A stretch of 64,000 bases of DNA from a virus. Position numbers and translations under genes: made by a program. The notes beneath the pieces are model-generated. The model had not been told where the DNA came from, did not search any database, and was given only the letters and a program-made list of their open reading frames with translations. How positions within the stretch are numbered: the stretch's first letter is position 1; every line of letters begins with the position of its first letter. Shown piece by piece: positions 48,095-57,107 of the stretch. The DNA is taken from the IMG/VR virus record IMGVR_UViG_3300044961_000421, positions 16,876 to 80,875 of that record; one strand, given 5' to 3'.

Positions 48095-48331
48095 TCAAGA
48101 TACGAGAATAGGTCCACCCACATTTGGTTTTGGAACAACAATCGTTGGTGGTTGAATTTTATCCAACTTTAACATAACTTGTTTTATTTCACCACTTACT
48201 ACAATTGGTTCCCCATGTAATTGCCAAATCGGTAATGTAGTAACATCTTGTTTATTCAATAAATCAGAAGCTTCTTCCAATGTAAATGCTTTAATCTCTA
48301 CAGGTTTTAATTGTATATGTTGTTGATTCAT
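48095..48331 (-). CDS. hypothetical protein
   Basis: AAGGAG RBS. Confidence 0.55.
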   Translation of the reverse strand: MNQQHIQLKPVEIKAFTLEEASDLLNKQDVTTLPIWQLHGEPIVVSGEIKQVMLKLDKIQPPTIVVPKPNVGGPILVS

Positions 48332-48351
48332 TTTTCTCCTTACAATTTTGC

Positions 48352-49437
48352 TTATAACAAATATGATGGTTTATTAATATTTGATTTATATATTGATGTT
48401 TCAATACCTAAAAATTCTTCCCAAACTTCAAATCCATCACGATTATGTTGCTCCAAATGAACGAGACCATCATATACTGAACGAGGATCTTCAATTAATT
48501 GTCTACCAACTCTCGCAATGTCGTTTACATCATCCATATTGGCTACCCAATATCTTGGTACCCATTCAATCGCTTCTGAAATAACAGACGGAACACCTTC
48601 TGCAATACCATCAGCGGTTACCATATTAAATGATTCTGTATAAGACGGTTGAAGTAATAGATTCATCGTGCTTACAAATTTTCTAAATTGCGGCCATGCA
48701 GCCCAACTATTATGTACAATTTTAATTCCGGGAATACCATCTACCATCGCTCGAATCGCATTTAATATTGTATTTCCTCCGCCCTCGGTTCTTCCGGAAG
48801 AAAGACATAATTCTACATCCACATTGAACCATTCTTTAAGCAACAGAGCGGCGCCGGCGGCACTCATTAAATTCTTTTGTGGTCTCGTGGCACCAAAACA
48901 TCCAATTTTTAATGTTCCACCACGCCAAGGACGTGGGATTGTTCTAACCGTGTTATCGAGAAAATATAAATTTGGTAAATAAAAAGCATTACATCTATAA
49001 GATTCTCTTAACCAACGAACAAATTTTTTACTATTTCCAGAAACTCGAAAATTTAATGATCCTTTTTCATAATCAATATATTTCCTTAATAATTGAACAC
49101 CATTTGAATCAGCCTGAAGAAAGCCAACATTAGAATGACAATTCACGGTCCATTGAATATGTGGAAATCTCAATACTAATCTATTTAAATCTACAATTGG
49201 AATCCAAGGAGCAGAAATTACAACATGAGTTGTTTGTGGTTCCCCAACAATATATCTTTCCAATTCCTTCGCATCACGAATAGAAAATACGGATGCGCCT
49301 ATACCATTCGATTGTAATACTTTGGCAATATTTAATCCTGCGACACCGAGGCCGATATGAGAAACATTCGGCCCCGCAAAATTTTTATAGAAAATAATAA
49401 CATGTGGCTGTGTATTATTATTTTTTGGTAATATCAT
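48352..49437 (-). CDS. GT-B (GT4-like) glycosyltransferase
   Basis: GCFGATRPQKN, LLQPSYTESFNMVTADGIAEGVPSV. Confidence 0.75.
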   Translation of the reverse strand: MILPKNNNTQPHVIIFYKNFAGPNVSHIGLGVAGLNIAKVLQSNGIGASVFSIRDAKELERYIVGEPQTTHVVISAPWIPIVDLNRLVLRFPHIQWTVNCHSNVGFLQADSNGVQLLRKYIDYEKGSLNFRVSGNSKKFVRWLRESYRCNAFYLPNLYFLDNTVRTIPRPWRGGTLKIGCFGATRPQKNLMSAAGAALLLKEWFNVDVELCLSSGRTEGGGNTILNAIRAMVDGIPGIKIVHNSWAAWPQFRKFVSTMNLLLQPSYTESFNMVTADGIAEGVPSVISEAIEWVPRYWVANMDDVNDIARVGRQLIEDPRSVYDGLVHLEQHNRDGFEVWEEFLGIETSIYKSNINKPSYLL

Positions 49438-49445
49438 ATCCCGCC

Positions 49446-49814
49446 TTATGATGTTGTTCGAATTAATGCTTGCGCCAACATACCATTTAGATTAAAAGGG
49501 CTTCCTAACAACCCCCACCCACTATTTAGAAGAGTGTTTACCTTTTCTTCAAATAATACAATTTTTGATTCAGTAACAACTTTAATTTCTTGCTTGATTC
49601 CGAAGATATACATTTTTTCTGAATCTGTATTATTTTTATTCAAAATTTGAGAAAGTGTACCGACATCAACTGGTTCTTTTACAACAATTTCTTCTTCTGG
49701 TTGTACCTTTCTTGGTCTTCCGCGACCTCGCTTCAAAGAAGCGCTATCAAATACTGTTTCAGATGAAATTGGATCTTCTTGTGTTTCACCAAAAACACTC
49801 GATGTTGTATTCAT
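49446..49814 (-). CDS. AT-hook protein with DUF1737-like C-terminus
   Basis: KRGRGRPRK; EEKVN..L..GW.L.GSP...AQAL; AGGAG RBS before MNTT. Confidence 0.55.
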   Translation of the reverse strand: MNTTSSVFGETQEDPISSETVFDSASLKRGRGRPRKVQPEEEIVVKEPVDVGTLSQILNKNNTDSEKMYIFGIKQEIKVVTESKIVLFEEKVNTLLNSGWGLLGSPFNLNGMLAQALIRTTS

Positions 49815-49831
49815 TTCTTTTTCTCCTCTTC

Positions 49832-50821
49832 TTATTTCTTTCCTTCCAAATATTCCGGAGATACTGCTTTCAGTATACTCCTTCCAAATCCTACACACTG
49901 CTTCTCTCGAATACAGCGAATTACAATTCCTTCTCTTTTTACTGTCGGATCAATCAATGATGGTCCATCAATTAATTCTTCAATTCTTTGAGCATCATAT
50001 TTACCTATATATAATTCTGGTGCTATAACACCACCATAATATGAAACAACATCTTTAAATTTTTCATATTCAAAAAAATTTCCATTTGGATCTAAAATAT
50101 CAAATGCGACAAAAGAAATTTTTCCCGGAGGGTGGGAATAGCGATTTTCTTGAACCCATCCGTAAATTTCACCAAACAAATGGTGATTTTGAAAATCTTT
50201 ACAGAAGTTTTCAATCCAAGTATTTTCTCTTAATGCTTTCCAATAAATATTTAATTCAACACCCGTTGAATCTACATTGCTTTTTCTGTATAGACTGCGG
50301 CTTTTACACCACATTTGCCCATCTTGGAAAGTAAAAGATGCGTTAGTACCATCAACCTTTTCAGTAATAACAATAAAATCTTTATCGCATATGGATTCAA
50401 GCACGGATCCATATTTGTACCAAGATTGTAAATCATATTTTTCTGGTTTATTTGGTGGACCGGAAATCACATCTCCACCAATTTCCATATCCACAGGTGA
50501 AACATAACGAGTAACACCAAAATATTCTGTAACATCTTTCCCGATAGGAAATTCATCAGGAACAGGTACCAAAATACCTTGGGACATCACACCACGCAAC
50601 CGTTTTGTTTTTATTCTCGGAGAATTTAAGAATGAAAATTCCGGTTTTTCAATAGGAACAAGATTATCCGGTGCGATGTAAGCCGCTTTTGTTTTACCTT
50701 CCCAATCCGAGGTACGAACAACTACCGTGTAGTTCCATACCTTTACTATAGAAAGAGTATCAGCATTTGGATGTTTTTCCAATTTAATTGGTACTACTTC
50801 AACACGGTTTAAATCACTCAT
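49832..50821 (-). CDS. RNA ligase, DRB0094/Rnl5 family
   Basis: OB-like HPNADTL..RLRGVMSQG, TEKVDGT, FGEIYG, AFDI, REGIV, LKAVS. Confidence 0.88.
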   Translation of the reverse strand: MSDLNRVEVVPIKLEKHPNADTLSIVKVWNYTVVVRTSDWEGKTKAAYIAPDNLVPIEKPEFSFLNSPRIKTKRLRGVMSQGILVPVPDEFPIGKDVTEYFGVTRYVSPVDMEIGGDVISGPPNKPEKYDLQSWYKYGSVLESICDKDFIVITEKVDGTNASFTFQDGQMWCKSRSLYRKSNVDSTGVELNIYWKALRENTWIENFCKDFQNHHLFGEIYGWVQENRYSHPPGKISFVAFDILDPNGNFFEYEKFKDVVSYYGGVIAPELYIGKYDAQRIEELIDGPSLIDPTVKREGIVIRCIREKQCVGFGRSILKAVSPEYLEGKK

Positions 50822-50898
50822 CTATATATCCTCAATTCAATTTTGCCTGATATTATCTAATCTATTATCTAATTATAAATTAGAAATAACGATTTTTG

Positions 50899-51087
50899 TT
50901 AAATTTTTTTAAATTGTTTTCCGAATGCTCCAGGTGTCCCACATCTTTTACATCGTAAAGATTTTTCTACTTGAATAGAATTATTACAATTCCTGTTATC
51001 TGAGCATCCTACCCATCCACACGTTTCGCAACGATACAATTCTGCGTTACATGTTCTGTTATCCGGTCTTTTATTTCTACAATACAT
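50899..51087 (-). CDS. small Cys-rich protein
   Basis: 8 Cys in 62 aa; AATAAATA 5 nt upstream. Confidence 0.5.
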   Translation of the reverse strand: MYCRNKRPDNRTCNAELYRCETCGWVGCSDNRNCNNSIQVEKSLRCKRCGTPGAFGKQFKKI

Positions 51088-51102
51088 AATACTATTTATT
51101 GA

Positions 51103-51175
51103 TTTGTCCTGAGGGATTCGAACCCTCCCCTAAGGAATCACAATCCTTCATGCTTCCAAATACACTAAGGACAAC
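51103..51175 (-). tRNA. tRNA-His(GTG), no encoded CCA
   Basis: loop TTGTGAT, G-1, ends A-TCA. Confidence 0.85.
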
Positions 51176-51191
51176 TCAATAATACCTAAGC

Positions 51192-51545
51192 TTATCTGGT
51201 GCGAAGCTTTTCTAAACTAGGTGTCTTTGTTTGTTCGCGCAAAGCCTTAATTGCATTCTTGGCAAATTCATCATTTGGCTCCACTTCCTTTGTCTGATAA
51301 GCCATACGAATCATCCTTTTTACAGCATACCAACGCCCAATCGACTTTTCAAACTTATTCATATCCTCCGGAGAACAAACGCTCCACCCAGATGCGATAA
51401 TAGGGCGCTCCTTAGGATCTTCTCCTTCACACACCAAAAAACAGTTGGCGATTGTAACTGGAGGTCTACAAGAATTAGGGTTTGCATTTAGGTCTGTATA
51501 CCTAAACTTCACAACATAAGTCTTTCCATTTGCAGTAAAAAGCAT
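51192..51545 (-). CDS. conserved phage hypothetical protein
   Basis: G.SVCSPED..F.K.IGR..A motif; own promoter and RBS. Confidence 0.6.
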   Translation of the reverse strand: MLFTANGKTYVVKFRYTDLNANPNSCRPPVTIANCFLVCEGEDPKERPIIASGWSVCSPEDMNKFEKSIGRWYAVKRMIRMAYQTKEVEPNDEFAKNAIKALREQTKTPSLEKLRTR

Positions 51546-51588
51546 ATTTTTTCATCCTTTCACAACTATGATAACACACCTAAAAAAG

Positions 51589-53142
51589 TTAGTCAAGTGA
51601 GTTTGCTAAAAATCTCGAATTCCATGTTTTATCAATTTTATAACGAAACCAAACACCATCGACACATTCATACTTATATATATCATCGACCGACCATTGT
51701 TTAGAAAAACAGTTTCCTGGCTCTTTTGGAGCAGATACTCTCATAAGAGCATCCGCCTTTTTCTTTTCCTCAAAATAATTTTCTCCCGACTGTATGATAA
51801 ACATTCTTGCTATATCATGACTTTCTTGTAATTGTTTAGATAATTCATTTAATATAATTTGATATTTTTCTAACTCTTTCATATTTGGATTTTGAAAAAA
51901 TTCATATTTATTCAATTTATCTTCCAATTTCAATAAACGTGCTTTTGTTTCCTTATAATCAAAAATTTCATGAGCTTCAAATACTTTTTTAATCATTTCT
52001 ATGCGTATTTCTTCAACTCGTTGAGCATTTCTCACAGCCCTAGCAGCTTCTATTGTCATTTCATTCCGTAATCTTTCCATTTGTTGGATTTGTGCTGCTT
52101 GTGTTTGAGTATTGTTTATTAATGAAAAGACAAATGCGTTTTCCGGAGTCCTTTTAAATGTCGCGGCACCAGAAAGTTGTATATTCATCTTCGAATAAAT
52201 ATCTACCGTCTTTTCATATACCTTACCATCATAAACAATAAAATATCCTAACGGAACGACCATTGGAGGAAACAATCTTACCCCATCTGTCCGTGTTTGT
52301 GTAATGACTTCACATCCCTCACAAGATTCAATGATTGTTGGATCTAATACACCAACTTGAATTTTTGCAGGAATTGGATTACTTCCAAATACTGGCGCTT
52401 TTACCCACACATGGACATCATCCGTTAATCTGGTATCATTTTTTACCCTAATAATAATAGGAGAATCAAATACAGAAATGTAAAGAGGGTCTAATTGATC
52501 CGGAGGTGTCAATTCAAAATTAATATGGCATTTATTTTTTGAATTCCAAAATGGTCCTATTTTTACTTGTTTTTCTGATTCGCGCAAAATAAGAGCACCT
52601 TGACACCAATTTGTAGTATCTTGTGGTATATCGTTGGGAGATGTCTGATTTCCTTCTAATCTGTATATAATAATGCTTGAAACAATAGCACTCCGAAGAC
52701 CTTCTCTAAAATTGATAGAAAGTCCTTCCATATTTTTCACATCAATTAAGAAATTTTTCGTTAGTCTTTTTGCCCATCCACCGGCTTCTTTAGAAATATC
52801 CAAATTAGTTAAAACACGTTCATTATTAATACTCACATGGAAATTTCTCCGGCCTTCCGGCCAATCAAAAACTTCCACAAAATTCAAGGAAACCCAATAT
52901 CTTCCGTTTTGTAATGAAGGAAAATTGTATGAAAAATTTGATCCGTGTCTGACGGTAGATAGTTCAATATCAATTTGGGATGGTGGAACAAACTTATACA
53001 CACCACCACCCGAAAAGGCTCTATCTGTAACAAATTCACCATGAGGTTGTGCCATATTTCCGGCATCAATGCTTATGATTAATTGTGATTGAGCAAATAG
53101 AGAAAACGCAAAAAAATTAATTAGAAAGCATATTTTCGTCAT
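51589..53142 (-). CDS. secreted/structural protein with N-terminal malectin domain
   Basis: signal peptide; IDAG..TD...GG, R.G..FSY, Y.V.L.F.E, R.F.VSIN..VL.NLDI..EAGG. Confidence 0.72.
   Translation of the reverse strand: MTKICFLINFFAFSLFAQSQLIISIDAGNMAQPHGEFVTDRAFSGGGVYKFVPPSQIDIELSTVRHGSNFSYNFPSLQNGRYWVSLNFVEVFDWPEGRRNFHVSINNERVLTNLDISKEAGGWAKRLTKNFLIDVKNMEGLSINFREGLRSAIVSSIIIYRLEGNQTSPNDIPQDTTNWCQGALILRESEKQVKIGPFWNSKNKCHINFELTPPDQLDPLYISVFDSPIIIRVKNDTRLTDDVHVWVKAPVFGSNPIPAKIQVGVLDPTIIESCEGCEVITQTRTDGVRLFPPMVVPLGYFIVYDGKVYEKTVDIYSKMNIQLSGAATFKRTPENAFVFSLINNTQTQAAQIQQMERLRNEMTIEAARAVRNAQRVEEIRIEMIKKVFEAHEIFDYKETKARLLKLEDKLNKYEFFQNPNMKELEKYQIILNELSKQLQESHDIARMFIIQSGENYFEEKKKADALMRVSAPKEPGNCFSKQWSVDDIYKYECVDGVWFRYKIDKTWNSRFLANSLD
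52699..52739. repeat. 41-bp exact direct repeat, copy 2
   Basis: identical to 39549..39589. Confidence 0.9.
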
Positions 53143-53572
53143 AATCTTCTATCACCGGAACCGATTTCTTTTTCTTTCCGATTGAATATTTAGCTACCAA
53201 TTTCCAATTGTGTTTTTCTTTGTGTGGTATAATTTTTACTAAATTCAACGGAGCGAGGTTTTCCAAAATTTTTTGATATTCCTTTGGTTCTTTAAGAGTA
53301 ATAAGGTTCCACTCTACTAATAATTTAATAATTGTATTTCTTCTTTGAATATCGGAAACTGTAAAATCTGTTTCTTTTCCATCCAACGCAAATAATTCTT
53401 TAAAATGTACTAGATAATATTTTCCTCTCTTATGGAGAATATGACAAGATTGGAATAACGTATTCTCTTTCTTTGAGGCGATTCCTATTCTTGTTAAAGT
53501 TTCTTTTACCTTTAAAAAATCATCTGGGTCATTTAAAAGAACCTCAATCATATTTGATGTATCATAATTCAT
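53117..53572 (-). CDS. regA: RegA translational repressor
   Basis: DFLKVKETLTRIGIAS, QSCHILHKRGKYYLVHFKELFALDG. Confidence 0.96.
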   Translation of the reverse strand: MNYDTSNMIEVLLNDPDDFLKVKETLTRIGIASKKENTLFQSCHILHKRGKYYLVHFKELFALDGKETDFTVSDIQRRNTIIKLLVEWNLITLKEPKEYQKILENLAPLNLVKIIPHKEKHNWKLVAKYSIGKKKKSVPVIEDYDENMLSN

Positions 53573-54003
53573 TTCGCTTTCTTCTCCTTTTTAATGCGAG
53601 GTTTTTGTTTTTCCATAACCATCTTTTTTTCACTTATCCTCTCTAATATATATGTGAGTTGGTTTTTTGAAATTACATTTTTCACATCTTGCGCCTTCTT
53701 TTCCGAATAACCATAATATTCTTTTATGGCCTCTATGGCTTCATCTTTTTCCTTTTTTTGCCAAGGTGAAAAGCGGTTTGCTTTTGAAATAGTATGGAAT
53801 AAAAAATCATATTGTAATTTGAAATCCATTTCTGCACGGCTATTCATTTCATTTACAAGAAAAATCAAATCTGGATAATATGATAAACAACGATTTATAA
53901 TAAAAGGTAGATACGTTTGTTCTTTTAATCCGGCTTCATCATCTTCGAGTAAATTACATGTTTTCTTATTTATGCTATTTAACCAATCTTTTAATTCAGG
54001 CAT
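53569..54003 (-). CDS. 62: clamp loader small subunit (gp62)
   Basis: WLNSIN, PFIINRCLS, NEMN, QYDF, KEYYGYS..KA. Confidence 0.9.
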   Translation of the reverse strand: MPELKDWLNSINKKTCNLLEDDEAGLKEQTYLPFIINRCLSYYPDLIFLVNEMNSRAEMDFKLQYDFLFHTISKANRFSPWQKKEKDEAIEAIKEYYGYSEKKAQDVKNVISKNQLTYILERISEKKMVMEKQKPRIKKEKKAK

Positions 54004-54150
54004 AAAATTCTTTCAATGTATTATTTTGTTCCTTTCTTACTTCTTCTATTATACTTTTCTCTATTTGGAAATATTGATGATTTATTTCAATAACAATAAA
54101 TTTCTAGAAAACCTCTTTCATTTTTCATATATAACTAAAATTATCCGAAT

Positions 54151-54693
54151 TTAATCAAAATTCTTATATGTTTTTGTGATGATTTCTCTTATGTTCTTTC
54201 CGGTATATGCGTCTGCTATATGTTTTGGAACATCTGTAATTAAATTTTTAGAATTTGATTTTACTTTTAATTCATAAGAAGGAATAAAAATAATACCTTT
54301 ACTAGATAAAATACCTTTCTCCGTATCATGCAAATTTCTTGTAATCATAAGATATTCGAAGTCATCACAATTATAAGAACCATGTCCTTCTCTCATTGTG
54401 CGTTTTGTTATTCTCATATTTTTAGACAATCGCAATTTTGATTGTATTCTCAAACGCCTCGATTCTCTTCCAAACAAAACTATAAAATCCCAAGCAGCAA
54501 AATTATTATCTTCCTGTATCACACGAATTCCATATACATTTCTTAAATAATTCATTTGAAATTCTTCATTTTTCTTCCCCAATAATTGAGCATATGTAGA
54601 AGGATCTATTTTTTTCATATTCATCATTCGAATAGGATTAAAATAATCCGTCACAGGATCATCAAAAAAATCTACCATTTCATTCCTATACAT
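54151..54693 (-). CDS. putative PD-(D/E)xK-type endonuclease
   Basis: WDFIV....RIQSK...Y...DF pattern; inserted between 44 and 62. Confidence 0.45.
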   Translation of the reverse strand: MYRNEMVDFFDDPVTDYFNPIRMMNMKKIDPSTYAQLLGKKNEEFQMNYLRNVYGIRVIQEDNNFAAWDFIVLFGRESRRLRIQSKLRLSKNMRITKRTMREGHGSYNCDDFEYLMITRNLHDTEKGILSSKGIIFIPSYELKVKSNSKNLITDVPKHIADAYTGKNIREIITKTYKNFD

Positions 54694-54716
54694 AATTTAT
54701 CATCCTTTTTCAATTT

Positions 54717-55667
54717 TTATTTAAATTCTATCTCTCCCATTATCTGTGTTAATGTGGAAACCATATTGATTTCAGGATCGGCCACAAAAGAGTGATTCCT
54801 TTGTCCATCATTTAAAATGAGAACGAGAGGAGGAATACTCGATGGTTTCACATAATCATACATTGAATCATATATCGCTCTAAAAATTCTTGTAGGATCA
54901 TTATCCAAATTTTGTACGACCCAAGAACGCATTCCCTTCCAATCTTTGTCTTTTAAATGTTTAATTAATGATTTAATTTGGATTTCTGATAATGAACTTA
55001 ATATACCTGAATCTATTTTTCCGGTTTGCGAATACCTCTGTAATTCATTGATTGCTCTACGAAAATCCGGGAAAAAATTGATAACCAATTCCTCAAGAAC
55101 CTTTACATCATATTCAATATTTTCATTATCCAAAATGAATATCATTCTATCGAAGAATTGTTTTGCTATGTCTGGTTTTTCCTTTTTATCAATACGAAAA
55201 TCAATAACTGTAGTTCTTCCATGTAATGGAGTAATAATTTTGTTTTTGAAATTACATGTTAGAAAAAAGGCACAATTTGTTGAAAATTCTTCCATAAAAC
55301 CGCGCAACGCGGGTTGCGTTGAATTGGCATTTAGATAATCTGCTTCATCCAAAATTACTACCTTTCTTTTTCCTGAAAAAGAAACAGTTGAAGCAAAATC
55401 TCGAATTGTTGTCCTTAATGTATCAATATTTCCGCTTTCCGATGCGTTGATTATGATGTGCGGAGAATCGGTTTCTAAACAAAGCGCTTTTGCTACGGTC
55501 GTTTTTCCGATTCCTGGAGGTCCTGATAAAAGCATATTTTGTAATTCTTGTTTATCACGATATGCTCTAAAAACTTCTTTAAGAGATTTGGGTAGAATAC
55601 AATCGTCAATATATGTTGGACGATATTTTTCTACCCACAAGATGTTTTCATTTTCATTTATTTTCAT
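54717..55667 (-). CDS. 44: clamp loader large subunit (gp44)
   Basis: LWVEKYRP, GPPGIGKTT, ILDEADYL, QPALRGFMEEF, FPDFRR. Confidence 0.95.
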   Translation of the reverse strand: MKINENENILWVEKYRPTYIDDCILPKSLKEVFRAYRDKQELQNMLLSGPPGIGKTTVAKALCLETDSPHIIINASESGNIDTLRTTIRDFASTVSFSGKRKVVILDEADYLNANSTQPALRGFMEEFSTNCAFFLTCNFKNKIITPLHGRTTVIDFRIDKKEKPDIAKQFFDRMIFILDNENIEYDVKVLEELVINFFPDFRRAINELQRYSQTGKIDSGILSSLSEIQIKSLIKHLKDKDWKGMRSWVVQNLDNDPTRIFRAIYDSMYDYVKPSSIPPLVLILNDGQRNHSFVADPEINMVSTLTQIMGEIEFK

Positions 55668-55694
55668 AGTAATTATTATATCAAATTCTTTAAA

Positions 55695-55994
55695 TTAAAT
55701 CAACATATCTTCAATTATGGTTAATTTTCTATTTTTATTTACCATAAAAGGAGTAGCTGTATTACAAACCGGACAAATAGAAATAAATGCTCCACCTCTG
55801 AGCAATGATGTTTCTAAATTTTTGTTCTTTAATATATACAACAACTGTGGTAATTTTAATTTTAGTGTTCGTACGTTTCCATTTTCATCCTTAACATTTG
55901 ATTGGATAAAAATGTCGCTATTTCTCTTTTTTCCACAGGAATAGCAATGTATCTTTGCAATTCTTTTTTGTTCTTTCATAAATTTATTTATCAA
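55695..55994 (-). CDS. hypothetical zinc-binding protein
   Basis: CYSC...CPVC. Confidence 0.5.
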   Translation of the reverse strand: MINKFMKEQKRIAKIHCYSCGKKRNSDIFIQSNVKDENGNVRTLKLKLPQLLYILKNKNLETSLLRGGAFISICPVCNTATPFMVNKNRKLTIIEDMLI

Positions 55995-56646
55995 ATTTCG
56001 CCATCACATAATACTCTAATGCCACATCTTTATGTGAAAATTTAGCAATTCTCTTTGTCGAAATGGATACTGTATAATGACCGGGTAAAAATAAAAAGTT
56101 TTCTGTTGAAAATATACAACGAAAATCCTTACCGTAAGTATTATCACCAATTTTCATGACAAAGGAATTCGATTCGGAATTCTTTTCCTTTCCAACACGC
56201 AAAAATAACTTCCCATCTTTCCCTTCAAAAATATAAGAATCTAACTCTTGGATTCTAGCAAGTTTATCAATTTTTCCAAAAACATCTTTTTCCAATTCAA
56301 AACAAATTTCAAATGGAGGAGGGTTGATTTTGTTAGCCGAAACAATAAATTCCGGTTTACAATATAAAATTGTATTCTCTGATTCAGGATCATACTCTTC
56401 GGAAATAACAACACATTCTTTCCGAAAATCGAAATTTGGTGAATCAAATACAGAAATCACACCCAAGAAAATATTAAGATCGTAGATTGCTACTCTATTT
56501 GGGAATTCTTCTTCTGAGGTATATATGGCATGAATTGTGTCGGATGGGTGCTTTGTTCTTACCACATTTCCCGCTTCAATCAACAAACCGGAATTAATTT
56601 CGCTAAAATTTTTCAATACATCTAATGTTGTTTTACTTAATTTCAT
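55984..56646 (-). CDS. 45: sliding clamp (gp45)
   Basis: MKLSKTTLDVLKNFSEINSG, IYDLN.FL, PG.YTVSIS. Confidence 0.92.
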   Translation of the reverse strand: MKLSKTTLDVLKNFSEINSGLLIEAGNVVRTKHPSDTIHAIYTSEEEFPNRVAIYDLNIFLGVISVFDSPNFDFRKECVVISEEYDPESENTILYCKPEFIVSANKINPPPFEICFELEKDVFGKIDKLARIQELDSYIFEGKDGKLFLRVGKEKNSESNSFVMKIGDNTYGKDFRCIFSTENFLFLPGHYTVSISTKRIAKFSHKDVALEYYVMAKFDK

Positions 56647-56658
56647 CCATTTTCTCCT

Positions 56659-56934
56659 TTATAATGTAGAATCGTTATAGAGCATAAAAAGGAGATAATG
56701 TGCTGCTTTCAATAAATCTTTCCGCTCATAACCTCCCTTTTTCCCATATCTCATGACATATTTTACTACATTACCACGAGCATATTCTAAACCCGTGGGC
56801 TCGTTTGCTAATAGCAAATCCATCACTTGAATACCTTTATTACCAACATAGTGCTCCGCATATGTTTTGATGATATATTCCTCAATTTCTTTGAGTGTTT
56901 CGATTTCCTTATACTTATGTCCCTTTTCTTCCAT
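56659..56934 (-). CDS. DUF3310-like conserved phage protein
   Basis: TY.EHY, GNVVKYVMRYGKKGG..DLLKAAHY. Confidence 0.78.
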   Translation of the reverse strand: MEEKGHKYKEIETLKEIEEYIIKTYAEHYVGNKGIQVMDLLLANEPTGLEYARGNVVKYVMRYGKKGGYERKDLLKAAHYLLFMLYNDSTL

Positions 56935-57016
56935 ATCTTTCCTCTTTATTCTATTATACTAATAATAATTTAATTTGTCAAATTTTCAAAACAAAAAAAA
57001 ACAGAAAAAAAATGCT

Positions 57017-57047
57017 GGGAGTATTTTATGTAAAAAAAGATACTCCC
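57017..57047. terminator. terminator-like hairpin
   Basis: GGGAGTAT...ATACTCCC near an A-run, downstream of the AAA ATPase. Confidence 0.5.
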
Positions 57048-57107
57048 ATTATACATGATTCATTTTAATGTAATGATGTTTTGTTTCTCCATTTTTGTCG
57101 TAATTTT

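Noticed and set aside
39549-52739. Diversity-generating retroelement TR/VR pair
   Set aside because: The copies are identical, only 41 bp, with no adenine-specific differences and no reverse transcriptase in the window.
35555-53142. Specific host assignment (e.g. Acidobacteria)
   Set aside because: PEP-CTERM and malectin proteins are suggestive but occur in several phyla; this needs database searches.
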